In this document: positions 45,635-55,289 of the stretch, piece after piece
Layout: every line of letters starts with the position of its first letter
How positions within the stretch are numbered: position 1 is the first letter of the stretch
Source: Calditrichia bacterium
Lineage (GTDB): Bacteria; Calditrichota; Calditrichia; RBG-13-44-9; J075
Length of the DNA stretch: 64,000 bases
Assembly: GCA_050633245.1 (NCBI GenBank)
Contig: JBOEGD010000011.1
Span: forward strand, 224,001 to 288,000
Direction of reading: 5' to 3'
The notes under the pieces: model-generated
What the model was told of the DNA's origin: nothing
The model's database searches: none
Seen by the model: only the letters and a program-made list of their open reading frames with translations
Position numbers and translations under genes: made by a program

Positions 45635-47965
45635 ATGAACAGCAAATATGTAGATCAAGTCTGTGAAGAGCTGATGAAAATGCCGCGGCTGCTACACTTC
45701 ATTCCCATGCTTTTTGTGGGATGGGCCGATGGCGTGCTCAGTCCAACGGAAGTAGAGTTGATTCGGAAAAAGATTCAGAAATCAGGACTGGATAAAGAAG
45801 AACGCGACGTTCTGGATCGTTATCTCGATCCATCTAACCCTCCGAAATATAAAGATATGGAAGCATGGCTTTGCCTCATTCGCAAGGCCGTTGATGGTGA
45901 AACTATTGGGCCGCGCAGAGATCTTATCGAGCTTGGTGCCAAAGTGGCCACCATGGGGAATTCCCAATATAAAGCAGACAATGCCACTCTCGAAGCATTG
46001 CGTGAAGTGGAAGACGCCCTCGGCGTCATTAGTCATGAAGCTTCGAAACGGCTTACGCAAACCGGGAAGCGGCCGCAAGCGGCAGCGAATACTGAAGAAG
46101 AGCCTTCATTTAGTGCATCAGCTATGCAGGCTTTGCTGGATGGCGAGCAGCGCGGTATGAAGGAACATGTCAGACAACTCCTGCGCGATCCTGCTTTTGC
46201 CTATCACGATCAGGATGATCGTTATGCCTATCGCGAGAAAGTGCTGGAGTGGTGCAGGATTCTCGCCGAACAGGGAATTGGTGCGCTTTCTTACCCGGAG
46301 AATGTTGGCGGGAAGAACGACATGCGTTCGTTTGTGGCCGCTTTCGAGACGCTGGCCTATCACGATCTAAGCCTGGTCATAAAGTTTGGCGTGCAGTTTG
46401 GCCTGTTTGGCGGTAGTATTCTCGGCCTTGGCACAGAAAAACATTATCAGAAGTATCTACCCGGCGCGGGAAGTCTGGAACTTCCGGGCTGCTTTGCCAT
46501 GACCGAATTGGGACATGGTTCAAACGTGCGCGATATCGAAACAACGGCAACCTATGACGTTACCACCGAAGAGTTTGTCATTCATACACCATCTGACAGC
46601 GCACATAAACACTACATTGGTAATGCCGCAATGCATGGACGAATGGCAACGGTTTTTGCTCAGCTCATTATTAATGAAGAACAGTACGGCGTTCACGCTT
46701 TTGTGGTGCCGCTACGCGACGAATCTGGTAAAACACTGCCGGGCATTCACATTGAGGACTGTGGCCGCAAGGTGGGCTTGAATGGCGTTGATAATGGCAA
46801 GATTTGGTTTAATTCAGTTCGTATTCCACGTGAGGATCTACTGAACCGCTTTGCCGAAGTCTCTGCTACCGGAGAATATGATAGTCCTATTCACAGCATT
46901 CCGGCAAGGTTTTTCACAATGCTCGGTACGCTGGTTGGTGGTCGGGTTAGTATAACGGCATCTGGTCTTAGCGCTGCAAAATCCGGTCTGGCCATTGCTA
47001 TTCGCTATGCTTCACGTCGCAGGCAGTTTGGTCCGGCAAACGCGCCGGAAACAACGCTGCTCGACTATCGCACACATCAACGTCGTCTAATGCCGTTGCT
47101 TGCCAATGCCTATGCACTGGATTTTGGCTTGAAGCATGTGGTGCAGCGATTTGCCGATCGCAGTGAAGACGATTCTCGTGAGGTTGAAGCACTTGCTGCC
47201 GGATTTAAGGCTTATTCCACCTGGAATACGACCAAAACCCTGCAGATATGTCGAGAAGCATGTGGCGGTCAGGGCTATATTTCTGCCAATCGCATTGGCG
47301 ACCTTAAGGCCGACAGCGATATTTTTACCACATTTGAAGGCGATAATACAGTGCTCATGCAGCTGGTTGCTCGCGGTAGATTAACCGATTTCAAAAAGCA
47401 GTTTCATGGAGCTCGCTTCTTTGGCATTCTGAAATACGTGGCAGGACAGGCGGCAACGATGCTCAGTGAAATGAATCCTCTGATTGTTCGCAATACCGAT
47501 CCCGATCACTTGCGTGATGCCGAATTTCACGTTGATGTGTTCAGGGCAAGGGAGAATGCGCTCATCGCTTCCGCTGCAAAGCGCTTAAAAAAACGCATCG
47601 ATAAGGGCGTCGACAGCTATGAGGCTTTCATCGACTGTCAGGATCATCTTATTACCCTTGCCGAAGCGTATGTCGAACGCGTTATTCTGGAGCAGTTTCA
47701 GCAAGGTGTGGCAAACAGCACGGATGAAACGTTGCGCAATGCGCTTCAGCCATTGCTACAACTATTTGCACTGTCTACCATCGAAAAACATCGCGGTTGG
47801 TATTTGGAGGAAGGTTTTATGGAAGGTGCGAAGGCCAAGGCGGTGCGTCGTGAAGTCAATCGGCTTTGCCTGGAAGTGCGAAAGCAGGCGCTGCCGTATG
47901 TGCATAGCTTTGCTATTCCAGATACCTGCCTTGCGGCACCGATTGCCGACATTTCGCAGCCATAA
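45635..47965 (+). CDS. Acyl-CoA oxidase/dehydrogenase with an N-terminal extension
   Basis: GCFAMTELGHGSNV, GLNGVDNG, CREACGGQGY, TTFEGDNTVL. Confidence 0.9.
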   Translation: MNSKYVDQVCEELMKMPRLLHFIPMLFVGWADGVLSPTEVELIRKKIQKSGLDKEERDVLDRYLDPSNPPKYKDMEAWLCLIRKAVDGETIGPRRDLIELGAKVATMGNSQYKADNATLEALREVEDALGVISHEASKRLTQTGKRPQAAANTEEEPSFSASAMQALLDGEQRGMKEHVRQLLRDPAFAYHDQDDRYAYREKVLEWCRILAEQGIGALSYPENVGGKNDMRSFVAAFETLAYHDLSLVIKFGVQFGLFGGSILGLGTEKHYQKYLPGAGSLELPGCFAMTELGHGSNVRDIETTATYDVTTEEFVIHTPSDSAHKHYIGNAAMHGRMATVFAQLIINEEQYGVHAFVVPLRDESGKTLPGIHIEDCGRKVGLNGVDNGKIWFNSVRIPREDLLNRFAEVSATGEYDSPIHSIPARFFTMLGTLVGGRVSITASGLSAAKSGLAIAIRYASRRRQFGPANAPETTLLDYRTHQRRLMPLLANAYALDFGLKHVVQRFADRSEDDSREVEALAAGFKAYSTWNTTKTLQICREACGGQGYISANRIGDLKADSDIFTTFEGDNTVLMQLVARGRLTDFKKQFHGARFFGILKYVAGQAATMLSEMNPLIVRNTDPDHLRDAEFHVDVFRARENALIASAAKRLKKRIDKGVDSYEAFIDCQDHLITLAEAYVERVILEQFQQGVANSTDETLRNALQPLLQLFALSTIEKHRGWYLEEGFMEGAKAKAVRREVNRLCLEVRKQALPYVHSFAIPDTCLAAPIADISQP

Positions 47966-48015
47966 GAAAAGACTTTTTTCTACCGAGAACATAGCTTAAT
48001 TTAGCGAGCTGTGTT

Positions 48016-48097
48016 TTGAACTTTGAAGTAAAGACGCAAAGCTATTGCGTCACAACCTTGAATCTTGATGTAAAGACGCAATGCATTGCGTCTCAAC
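48016..48097. repeat. Tandem pair of REP-like palindromes (42-nt period)
   Basis: GTAAAGACGCAA-agcta-TTGCGTCACAAC and GTAAAGACGCAATGCATTGCGTCTCAAC. Confidence 0.75.
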
Positions 48098-48124
48098 ATT
48101 TGCACGTTGAACTACTATCTTATC

Positions 48125-49450
48125 ATGAAAAAAGTATATATCGAAACATATGGTTGTCAGATGAACGTTTACGATACCGAAATCGTAAAAACCGTTCTCT
48201 CCGACAATAAATACACGCTGACCGAAAGCGAAGAGGATGCAGACATCGTTCTGCTCAATACCTGTTCCGTTCGCGACAATGCCAATCGCAAGGTGTTTAA
48301 TCGCATCTCGCGAATAAAACATCAGCGCAAAGATGGTGATGTGCAAATTGGCATTCTGGGCTGCATGGCTACCAACTTTCGCAAGCAGCTGCTCGAAAAC
48401 CCAAAGTTGCCGATCGACTTTATTGCCGGGCCAGACAGTTACAAGCGCCTGCCTCAGCTTATTGAAGAAATGAACCCGAAGGACACCCGCGGTAACTTCG
48501 ATGTAACGCTATCTGAGTTCGAGACTTATTCCGATGTTTATCCAACGCATCGCACCGGCATCAATGCCTGGATTGCCGTAATGCGTGGCTGCGATAATTT
48601 CTGCACCTTTTGCGTTGTTCCCTATACTCGCGGTCGAGAACGCAGCCGCTCACCTGAGAATATTGTTGAAGAGGTGTACAAGCTGGCTGATGAAGGTTTT
48701 CGTCAGGTTACCCTGCTCGGCCAGAACGTAAATTCCTATAAGTTTGAACAGCACGACTTTGCCCATTTACTTGAACAAGTGAGCGCTGTTCCAGGTATTG
48801 AACGCATTCGCTTTACTTCGCCGCACCCGAAAGACTTTCCGCGCAATTTGTTAGAGGTAATTGCTTCAAATGATAAGGTGTGTAAACAAATTCATATGCC
48901 GCTACAGGCAGGCAATGACCGCGTTCTCGAAATGATGAACCGCACTTATACTCGCAAAGAATACATGTCTCTGGTGGAAGAAATTCGTACGCTATATCCC
49001 AATATAGCCTTAAGTACAGATATCATTGTCGGGTTTCCGACTGAAACAGCTGATGAGTTTGACGAGACCTTCGAAGTGATGGATGAAGTAGAATACGATT
49101 CTGCCTATATTTTTAAGTATTCCGAGCGTCCACAAACCATTGCCAAGCGCAAGTTTCCTGACGATGTGTCGGAAGAGGAAAAGACGCGTAGAATTGTTAA
49201 GCTAAATGAGCTTCAAAAACGCAAGTCCTACCAAAAGAATCTTGCGCATATTGGCGAAGTTCATGAGGTGCTCTTAGAGAAGGAATCCACTAAAAAATCT
49301 GATCAGGAATTTCAGGGAAGAAACGACGCAAACAAGATCGTCATCTTTCCGCGCGGCGGATATTTAAGCGGACAATTTCTTAATGTAAAGATCACAGATG
49401 CATCGCCACATGTCTTGCGTGGCCACGTTCTGGAAGTTCTTGGTAAATAA
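48125..49450 (+). CDS. miaB: tRNA-2-methylthio-N6-dimethylallyladenosine synthase
   Basis: TYGCQMN, NTCSVR, GCMA, radical SAM CDNFCTFC, LLGQNVN, TRAM domain. Confidence 0.96.
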   Translation: MKKVYIETYGCQMNVYDTEIVKTVLSDNKYTLTESEEDADIVLLNTCSVRDNANRKVFNRISRIKHQRKDGDVQIGILGCMATNFRKQLLENPKLPIDFIAGPDSYKRLPQLIEEMNPKDTRGNFDVTLSEFETYSDVYPTHRTGINAWIAVMRGCDNFCTFCVVPYTRGRERSRSPENIVEEVYKLADEGFRQVTLLGQNVNSYKFEQHDFAHLLEQVSAVPGIERIRFTSPHPKDFPRNLLEVIASNDKVCKQIHMPLQAGNDRVLEMMNRTYTRKEYMSLVEEIRTLYPNIALSTDIIVGFPTETADEFDETFEVMDEVEYDSAYIFKYSERPQTIAKRKFPDDVSEEEKTRRIVKLNELQKRKSYQKNLAHIGEVHEVLLEKESTKKSDQEFQGRNDANKIVIFPRGGYLSGQFLNVKITDASPHVLRGHVLEVLGK

Positions 49451-49572
49451 GCACGCTTGTTTTTTCCTAAAGCACCCACAAATTGCCCTTTGTCACGTCA
49501 ACTTAACTTCTGACAACATATAATCTTATGAATCCGAAAGTTAAGTTCTCTCAGTGTTTTATATAACGATCT

Positions 49573-50343
49573 TTGGGGCAACTTTTGCCTTACCGAAACG
49601 TATTGCATATCTGTTTGCTTATTGCTCTCTCGGGATGGGGAGATTCACAGCTATTTTGCCAGGACTTCAAGGATGAACAGTTGCGATATCCGCGTGTTCG
49701 TGAAGCCTATCGTTCTAAGGAAAAGATTGTAAAACAGCGTTTCAGTGTCAGGAATATCGCATATCCGCCCAAACAGCTTTTTATCCGTATTCTCAAATCG
49801 ACTTCTCAACTAGAGGTCTGGGCAAAATCTGTAGACAGCCTGTCATTTCAGCTGGTTCACAGCTATGATATTTGCAGCTTCTCAGGGGATGTAGGGCCAA
49901 AACGTGCACAGGGTGATCTGCAACTGCCGGAAGGATTTTATACGATTGATCGCTTTAATCCGGTAAGTAACTTCTATTTGTCTCTTGGAATTAACTATCC
50001 GAATCGATCGGACAAAGCATTAACCAGCGCAGCAAAACCGGGTGGAGATATTTTTATCCATGGAGATTGCGTTAGTATTGGCTGTGCGGCAATGAGAGAC
50101 TCAAGTATTAAAGAAATATACGTAATGGCTGTAGAAGCACGAAACTATAGCAAGTCAATTAGCGTGCATATTTTTCCCACAAAATTGAGCGGCAGCGGTT
50201 ATTCAGCGCTTATTGAGCAATATCCGCAGCATCAAACGTTTTGGGAAAGTATGCAGTTTGGCTACAATTATTTTGAAAAGAATAAAGAATTACCTGAAGT
50301 GTGCATCTCACAGGCTGGTTGGTATATCAATTGCACTAAATAA
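49573..50343 (+). CDS. L,D-transpeptidase-family protein (YafK/DpaA-like)
   Basis: GPKRAQGDLQLPEGFY, SLGINYPN, GGDIFIHGDCVSIGC; start uncertain. Confidence 0.85.
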   Translation: MGQLLPYRNVLHICLLIALSGWGDSQLFCQDFKDEQLRYPRVREAYRSKEKIVKQRFSVRNIAYPPKQLFIRILKSTSQLEVWAKSVDSLSFQLVHSYDICSFSGDVGPKRAQGDLQLPEGFYTIDRFNPVSNFYLSLGINYPNRSDKALTSAAKPGGDIFIHGDCVSIGCAAMRDSSIKEIYVMAVEARNYSKSISVHIFPTKLSGSGYSALIEQYPQHQTFWESMQFGYNYFEKNKELPEVCISQAGWYINCTK

Positions 50344-50386
50344 GCCTGACTATTCGTATTATCACCGCATGCAGTAAAATTTAGGA

Positions 50387-51481
50387 TTGGAGTCCTTTGT
50401 GATCAACGTTGGAGCGTCGCTGCGAACTATGCTGTTCTTCTTCGTAATACTTCTCCTTTTTAGCAATGAAAGTTTGTTTGCTCAAAGTCAATTATCAGAA
50501 GCCGCAACTAAGCAATGGCAGCAGGCGAATACTGCCTTGAGGCAGAATGAGCTTGATAAAGCATTGCGTTTATATCGGTCGGTATTACATACTGCCGAGT
50601 CGTCCCAAAATATTTCAGCCAGCGTTCGTGCCTATGAAGCTATTGCGCTCGTTCATAAAAAACGCAGCGAATACGATCTTGCCAGAGAGTATTGCCGTCG
50701 ATCCATTCAAACCGGTTCACCTTCATTTCGTGCCTACGCGATATTTGCACAAACATCCTATGAAGATGGTAAATCGTATGATGAAGCACTGAAGTTCTGT
50801 CAGGAAGGTAGAAAACTCTTCCCGCATCAGGAATACTTGATCTCTTATTGCGATCTGATCGAGAATGTCTGGCGTAAGAAGGTCGATAATGCTACAATTT
50901 CCTCTGAAAATGGCTATCAGCTTACCCGCATGGAGCGTGAGGTGATCCGCGAGTTGAATTATGCCAGAACCCGACCGGCGGAATACGCAAAACATCTGAT
51001 TCAACTTCGGGAATTTTATTCAGGAGTGCTGTTAAAACAACCCAATAAGATTCCGGTGCGAACTAACGAAGGTGTTGCAGCAGTTGACGAAGCGATTCAA
51101 TATCTACAGCGGGTTGCTCCGGTTAGTGGCTTAAAGTCATCTATCGGAATGTCGCTTGCAGCGAGGGATCATGTTGTCGACCAACAAAAGTCCGGGCAAA
51201 CCGGACATACCGGTGGAGATGAAAGCGAGCCGTTTGAACGCCTGGAGCGATATGGTGTGTGGGACGGGATCTCCGGCGAAAACATTGCCTATGGTGATGA
51301 GTCTGCACGTATGATCGTGATGCAGCTGATTATCGATGATGGTGTTCCGAGCAGGGGACATAGGGAAAATATCTATAACCCTGAGTTTCGCATCGCCGGA
51401 ACAGCGATTGGGACGCATCCGGTTTACCGCACGATGTGTGTGATAACCTTTGCGCGAAAGTTCAAAGAAGGCACCCGTTAG
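50387..51481 (+). CDS. TPR + CAP (SCP-like) domain secreted protein
   Basis: TPR helices; GENIAYG, LIIDDGVPSRGHRENI; start may be ATG 50429. Confidence 0.85.
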   Translation: MESFVINVGASLRTMLFFFVILLLFSNESLFAQSQLSEAATKQWQQANTALRQNELDKALRLYRSVLHTAESSQNISASVRAYEAIALVHKKRSEYDLAREYCRRSIQTGSPSFRAYAIFAQTSYEDGKSYDEALKFCQEGRKLFPHQEYLISYCDLIENVWRKKVDNATISSENGYQLTRMEREVIRELNYARTRPAEYAKHLIQLREFYSGVLLKQPNKIPVRTNEGVAAVDEAIQYLQRVAPVSGLKSSIGMSLAARDHVVDQQKSGQTGHTGGDESEPFERLERYGVWDGISGENIAYGDESARMIVMQLIIDDGVPSRGHRENIYNPEFRIAGTAIGTHPVYRTMCVITFARKFKEGTR

Positions 51482-51622
51482 CGCGAATTGCATTCCGTTT
51501 GACCCCGTCTGATGAATTGTCTATATTCCCTAATTGGATGACAAGCTGCTTATGAGTTGCTTGTCGTTCACATTCCCATCTTTCAATTGCCGTAAAGCGT
51601 TATAGTTGTTAAGGAGACTTGT

Positions 51623-53794
51623 ATGAGCACCAGTCAAATCCCAATTCAGCACATTCTATTTAAGAACGGCCATTCAGCACATTCGGTTTTACACAATGAC
51701 TCTACTTCCATTAAAAATATTGTCCGATCCCTAAAACTACCTGATTTCGAGGGAGTTATTGTCATTGTCGGTGGAACCCAGGAATCCGAAGACGCTGAAA
51801 AGAACTCTCGGATCGAGCAGCTGTTTAATCGTGGTATCCTGCAGGCAGCGCTTAATACCAATGCTTTGCTGATTGACGGTGGTACCGATTACGGCGTGAT
51901 GAAAAAACTTGGTCAAGCGGTTGCCGATCGCAGTGAGAGGCCTGTCATTCTCGGGATTGCTCCAAGAGGCAAAATAAATCTTCCTGGAGAAAATGTGGAG
52001 GGGAACCACTCGCTCGAGCCGAACCACTCACACTTTGTATTCGCAGATTCTGCTAAGTGGGATGATAGCACCTCACTCATGTTTCGCCTGGCAGAGCAAT
52101 TGAGTAACGATAAGCCTGTTATGGCGGTTCTGGTTAATGGTGGCAAGACTTCGAAAGATTGTATTGTACAGGCTACGCGGCGCGGCTGGCGAACGCTGGT
52201 GCTAAAAGGAAGCGAGCGGCTGGCGGATCAAATTGCTGCAACCAATGAGTTCTTTGCTGCCCTTAAGCAAGATGAAAAAGCCGTGGAAGGTGAAGAGACT
52301 ACCACAAATAAGCCGTCCGGGAATTTGTATTGGACGGATGACAAAAAGCCCGTGATTGCCGCTGGAGGCAATGCCGCCGGACAGACGCTGCTGGTTTCCA
52401 ATGATGGATTTATTGCCGATCCGCAGCTCGCTGAAATAGTAATTGATGGCAACCTCGATGTTATCGATTTAAATGAAGGCCTTGAGCCGACTATCGAAAA
52501 ACTCAGCTCAAAGGTTACGGAAAACTTGCTGAGTGACAACTTTCTGGAGAGCGCCTGGCAGCGATTTACACTTTATGACCACAATGCCAATCTACATCGT
52601 GATCGATTTCGCAAGGTGGAGAATTGGGTGCTTTTCTTAAGCGTCTTGTCTACGCTGTTAGCGGTATTTAAGGTTGTGCTCGAAAATCAACTGTTGCTGC
52701 ATCAACTTCGTGATTTGGAGCGCCCGTCATGGCTTTTTAGCAGCTTTCCGGGGTTTGTTGACCTGGCTGGTGATATTAATTCGCTGTACCTACATTGGAG
52801 CATAGTGCTGGTTCCAATTGTTCTTACTGCACTACTAGCCGGCGCAAATCGCTTTAAGTTCGGTAAAAAATGGATTAACCTGCGAGCTAATGCCGAATCG
52901 ATTAAGAGCGAGATCTTTCGTTATCGCTGCCTTTCCGGTCCGTATGGCTGGAAGCCCGAAGAGGGGATTTCGCGCCAGTCACAATTAGCACATCAGCTGA
53001 AAGTGATTACGCGACAAACGATGTTGACAGAAGTTAACCAGGCAGCCCTGTTGCCATACAGCGATGTTGGCGATCTGCTTGCAAAAGATATTCTGGCTCA
53101 AGATACCGGTGAAAATAATGATCGCCTGTTTTGGAAGCATAGCAGCGATGATTTATTCAGCCTGCTTACACCACAGCAATACATTGACTGGCGTGTTAAA
53201 GAACAGAAAGGCTTCTTCGTCTCTAAATCGAACAAGCTTGCAGTGAAGCTGGGACGTCTTCAATGGTCGATATTTATCCTTGCCGGTTTTGGAACGCTGT
53301 TGGCTGCCTTTGGTTTCGAAATTTGGATTGCCGTTACAACTGCGATTGCCGTCGCAATTGGTACCAAACTACAATTCGATCAGGTTGAGGAAACGCTTAT
53401 GATTTATAATCAAGCATCCACCGATCTGGAGAATGTTATTGAGTGGTGGGAGGCGTTAAGTCCGCTTCAGCGCAAACAGCGACGCTTCTTTAATAAGATG
53501 GTCGAAACGACCGAACAGGTTCTTGAAGGTGAGACCAAAGGTTGGTCGCAAAACATGACAGATGCTCTGGCCAAGTTGCGCGATACGCAGCGCGAAGACG
53601 GCTTTATGGGAAGTCTCGAAGCGGCTGTCGAGAATTATAAGGATGATCGAGCACGTGGGAACCTCATTCATCAAATGGCCAATCTGATTAAAACCATTCC
53701 GGATCATGAAAAAAAGGCGCAGCTCGCCGAGGCAATGAAAGAAGTGCTCAACGCGGCTGTTGAGGATCCGGTGCCCGATCCACTGGAGGAATAA
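51623..53794 (+). CDS. TRPM-type SLOG domain fused to two SLATT/DUF4231-like 2TM modules
   Basis: IVGG, IDGGTDYGVM, LEPNHSHFVF, VLVNGG, GSERLAD; KWINLRANAESIKSEIFRY; YIDWRV..Q..FF. Confidence 0.85.
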   Translation: MSTSQIPIQHILFKNGHSAHSVLHNDSTSIKNIVRSLKLPDFEGVIVIVGGTQESEDAEKNSRIEQLFNRGILQAALNTNALLIDGGTDYGVMKKLGQAVADRSERPVILGIAPRGKINLPGENVEGNHSLEPNHSHFVFADSAKWDDSTSLMFRLAEQLSNDKPVMAVLVNGGKTSKDCIVQATRRGWRTLVLKGSERLADQIAATNEFFAALKQDEKAVEGEETTTNKPSGNLYWTDDKKPVIAAGGNAAGQTLLVSNDGFIADPQLAEIVIDGNLDVIDLNEGLEPTIEKLSSKVTENLLSDNFLESAWQRFTLYDHNANLHRDRFRKVENWVLFLSVLSTLLAVFKVVLENQLLLHQLRDLERPSWLFSSFPGFVDLAGDINSLYLHWSIVLVPIVLTALLAGANRFKFGKKWINLRANAESIKSEIFRYRCLSGPYGWKPEEGISRQSQLAHQLKVITRQTMLTEVNQAALLPYSDVGDLLAKDILAQDTGENNDRLFWKHSSDDLFSLLTPQQYIDWRVKEQKGFFVSKSNKLAVKLGRLQWSIFILAGFGTLLAAFGFEIWIAVTTAIAVAIGTKLQFDQVEETLMIYNQASTDLENVIEWWEALSPLQRKQRRFFNKMVETTEQVLEGETKGWSQNMTDALAKLRDTQREDGFMGSLEAAVENYKDDRARGNLIHQMANLIKTIPDHEKKAQLAEAMKEVLNAAVEDPVPDPLEE

Positions 53795-53795
53795 C

Positions 53796-54392
53796 ATGCC
53801 ATGGATTAAAGTGTTTCGCCCGAACGAAACCAAAGGATTGCTGAAGAAACTTTATGATGATGCCATTAAACGCGCTGGTCGTATCTGGGGAATTGTTGGT
53901 ATTATGAGCCAAAATCCACGCGCAATGAAGACATCAATGGATTTTTACGCTGCCATTATGTTTGGTTCTTCACCGCTAAGTCGCGGACAACGTGAAATGC
54001 TGGCGGTGGTCGTATCTTCACACAACCACTGTGTGTATTGAATCCGCGCTCATGCCCACGACCTCCGTGCCGAGGTCGCCGATTTCGAAATTACCGATAA
54101 TACCGCTGCAGATGAATTCGTTCATCAAATTGCAAAAGACTGGCGCGGGGCCGCTTTGTCTGCTGAGAATGTCGCGCTCTGTGAATTTGCGATGAAGCTA
54201 ACCGTTAATCCGCAGCAGATGTTATCAGACGATCTTGATCATTTACGGACTTTTGGCTTTGATGACCGCGCTATTCATGATGCAACTCAAATCGTTAGCT
54301 ACTTCAATTACATTAATCGCATTGCTGATGCACTTGGCGTAGAGCCGGAAGAATTTATTCGTCCGTGGGAGAACTCTCCTAAACCTGTCTAG
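53796..54392 (+). CDS. AhpD/CMD-family peroxidase-like selenoprotein (Sec82, CxxU)
   Basis: In-frame TGA at 54039-54041 within SHNHCVY-U-IRAH; frame stays open to 54392 and ends with FNYINRIADALGV; SECIS-like hairpin follows. Confidence 0.85.
54059..54078 (+). promoter_or_regulatory. Putative bacterial SECIS element
   Basis: CGACCTC-cgtgcc-GAGGTCG 7-bp stem; loop begins 24 nt after the UGA and has G at its second position. Confidence 0.7.
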
Positions 54393-54547
54393 GGCATATT
54401 TGCGATAGCTGAAGAAAGCAAAACAGACGTGACGCCCGGTCTCGACCGGGTTTTCTCGTTGTGCTATTAGCGACAGCTTACTGCCGCTCGATTCCCAATC
54501 ATTATCCAATAAATCTGTTTCAAAAAAAGTGCGACCTTTCGTAAGTT

Positions 54548-55246
54548 GTGCCATTACTAAATGCAGCTCATGAGGCCCCATTGGAACAACGTGAAAAAAT
54601 CTTTTTAGTACTGGCAGGAATTTTTATTACCTCGCTGGTTATGGCGAACCTTGTCGGGATTACAAAAATATTTTACTTCTTCGGAATTGGCATCCCGGTT
54701 GGAATCATACCCTATCCTGTAACCTTTCTTGCAACAGACCTGATCTCCGAGCTCTATGGAAAGAAGCGAGCCAGCTTCGTCGTTTGGGTTGGTTTTAGTA
54801 TGAACGTGTTTATGCTGCTGATAATGACGATCGGCTACTACGCCGCACCGGATATGGATTGGTTTAATGCGATTGCGGCCGGTTCAGAGCCAGGAAAAGA
54901 ATTTACTTTCGACTATATTTATGGCTATATGATTCGCGGCACGATTGCTTCGATGATTGCCTATTTGGTTGCGCAGTTCGCAGATGTCAATCTTTTTCAC
55001 TTCTGGAAGCGAGTTACCAAGGGACGCCATCTCTGGCTACGCAATAATGCCTCGACGCTGCTATCGCAAATCGTAGACACCGTCGCTGTTATGATGATCA
55101 CCTTCGTTGGTGTTCTGCCCATGAATCAAATTCTCGACCTGATACTCTACGGCTATCTCTTTAAAGTCTGCGCTGCGTTATTCGATACGCCATTCTTTTA
55201 TCTTGGCGTGCGCTATTTAAAAGATAAGGTTACGGAAATAGAGTAG
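54548..55246 (+). CDS. Queuosine precursor transporter (YhhQ/Vut_1 family)
   Basis: YPVTFLATDLISELYG, ASMIAYLVAQFAD, LWLRNNASTLLSQIVDT, DTPFFY. Confidence 0.9.
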   Translation: MPLLNAAHEAPLEQREKIFLVLAGIFITSLVMANLVGITKIFYFFGIGIPVGIIPYPVTFLATDLISELYGKKRASFVVWVGFSMNVFMLLIMTIGYYAAPDMDWFNAIAAGSEPGKEFTFDYIYGYMIRGTIASMIAYLVAQFADVNLFHFWKRVTKGRHLWLRNNASTLLSQIVDTVAVMMITFVGVLPMNQILDLILYGYLFKVCAALFDTPFFYLGVRYLKDKVTEIE

Positions 55247-55289
55247 GGGAGTCTTGTAACATCTACTAATTTGCTTCATCCAATCTGTA

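Noticed and set aside
53760-54392. Two small separate genes or a nonsense pseudogene
   Set aside because: The single in-frame TGA falls exactly on the redox Cys position and is followed by a SECIS-like hairpin, so Sec recoding is more parsimonious
54393-54547. preQ1 riboswitch upstream of the YhhQ-type transporter
   Set aside because: No preQ1 consensus recognised; only a terminator-like hairpin CCCGGTC/GACCGGG followed by TTTT
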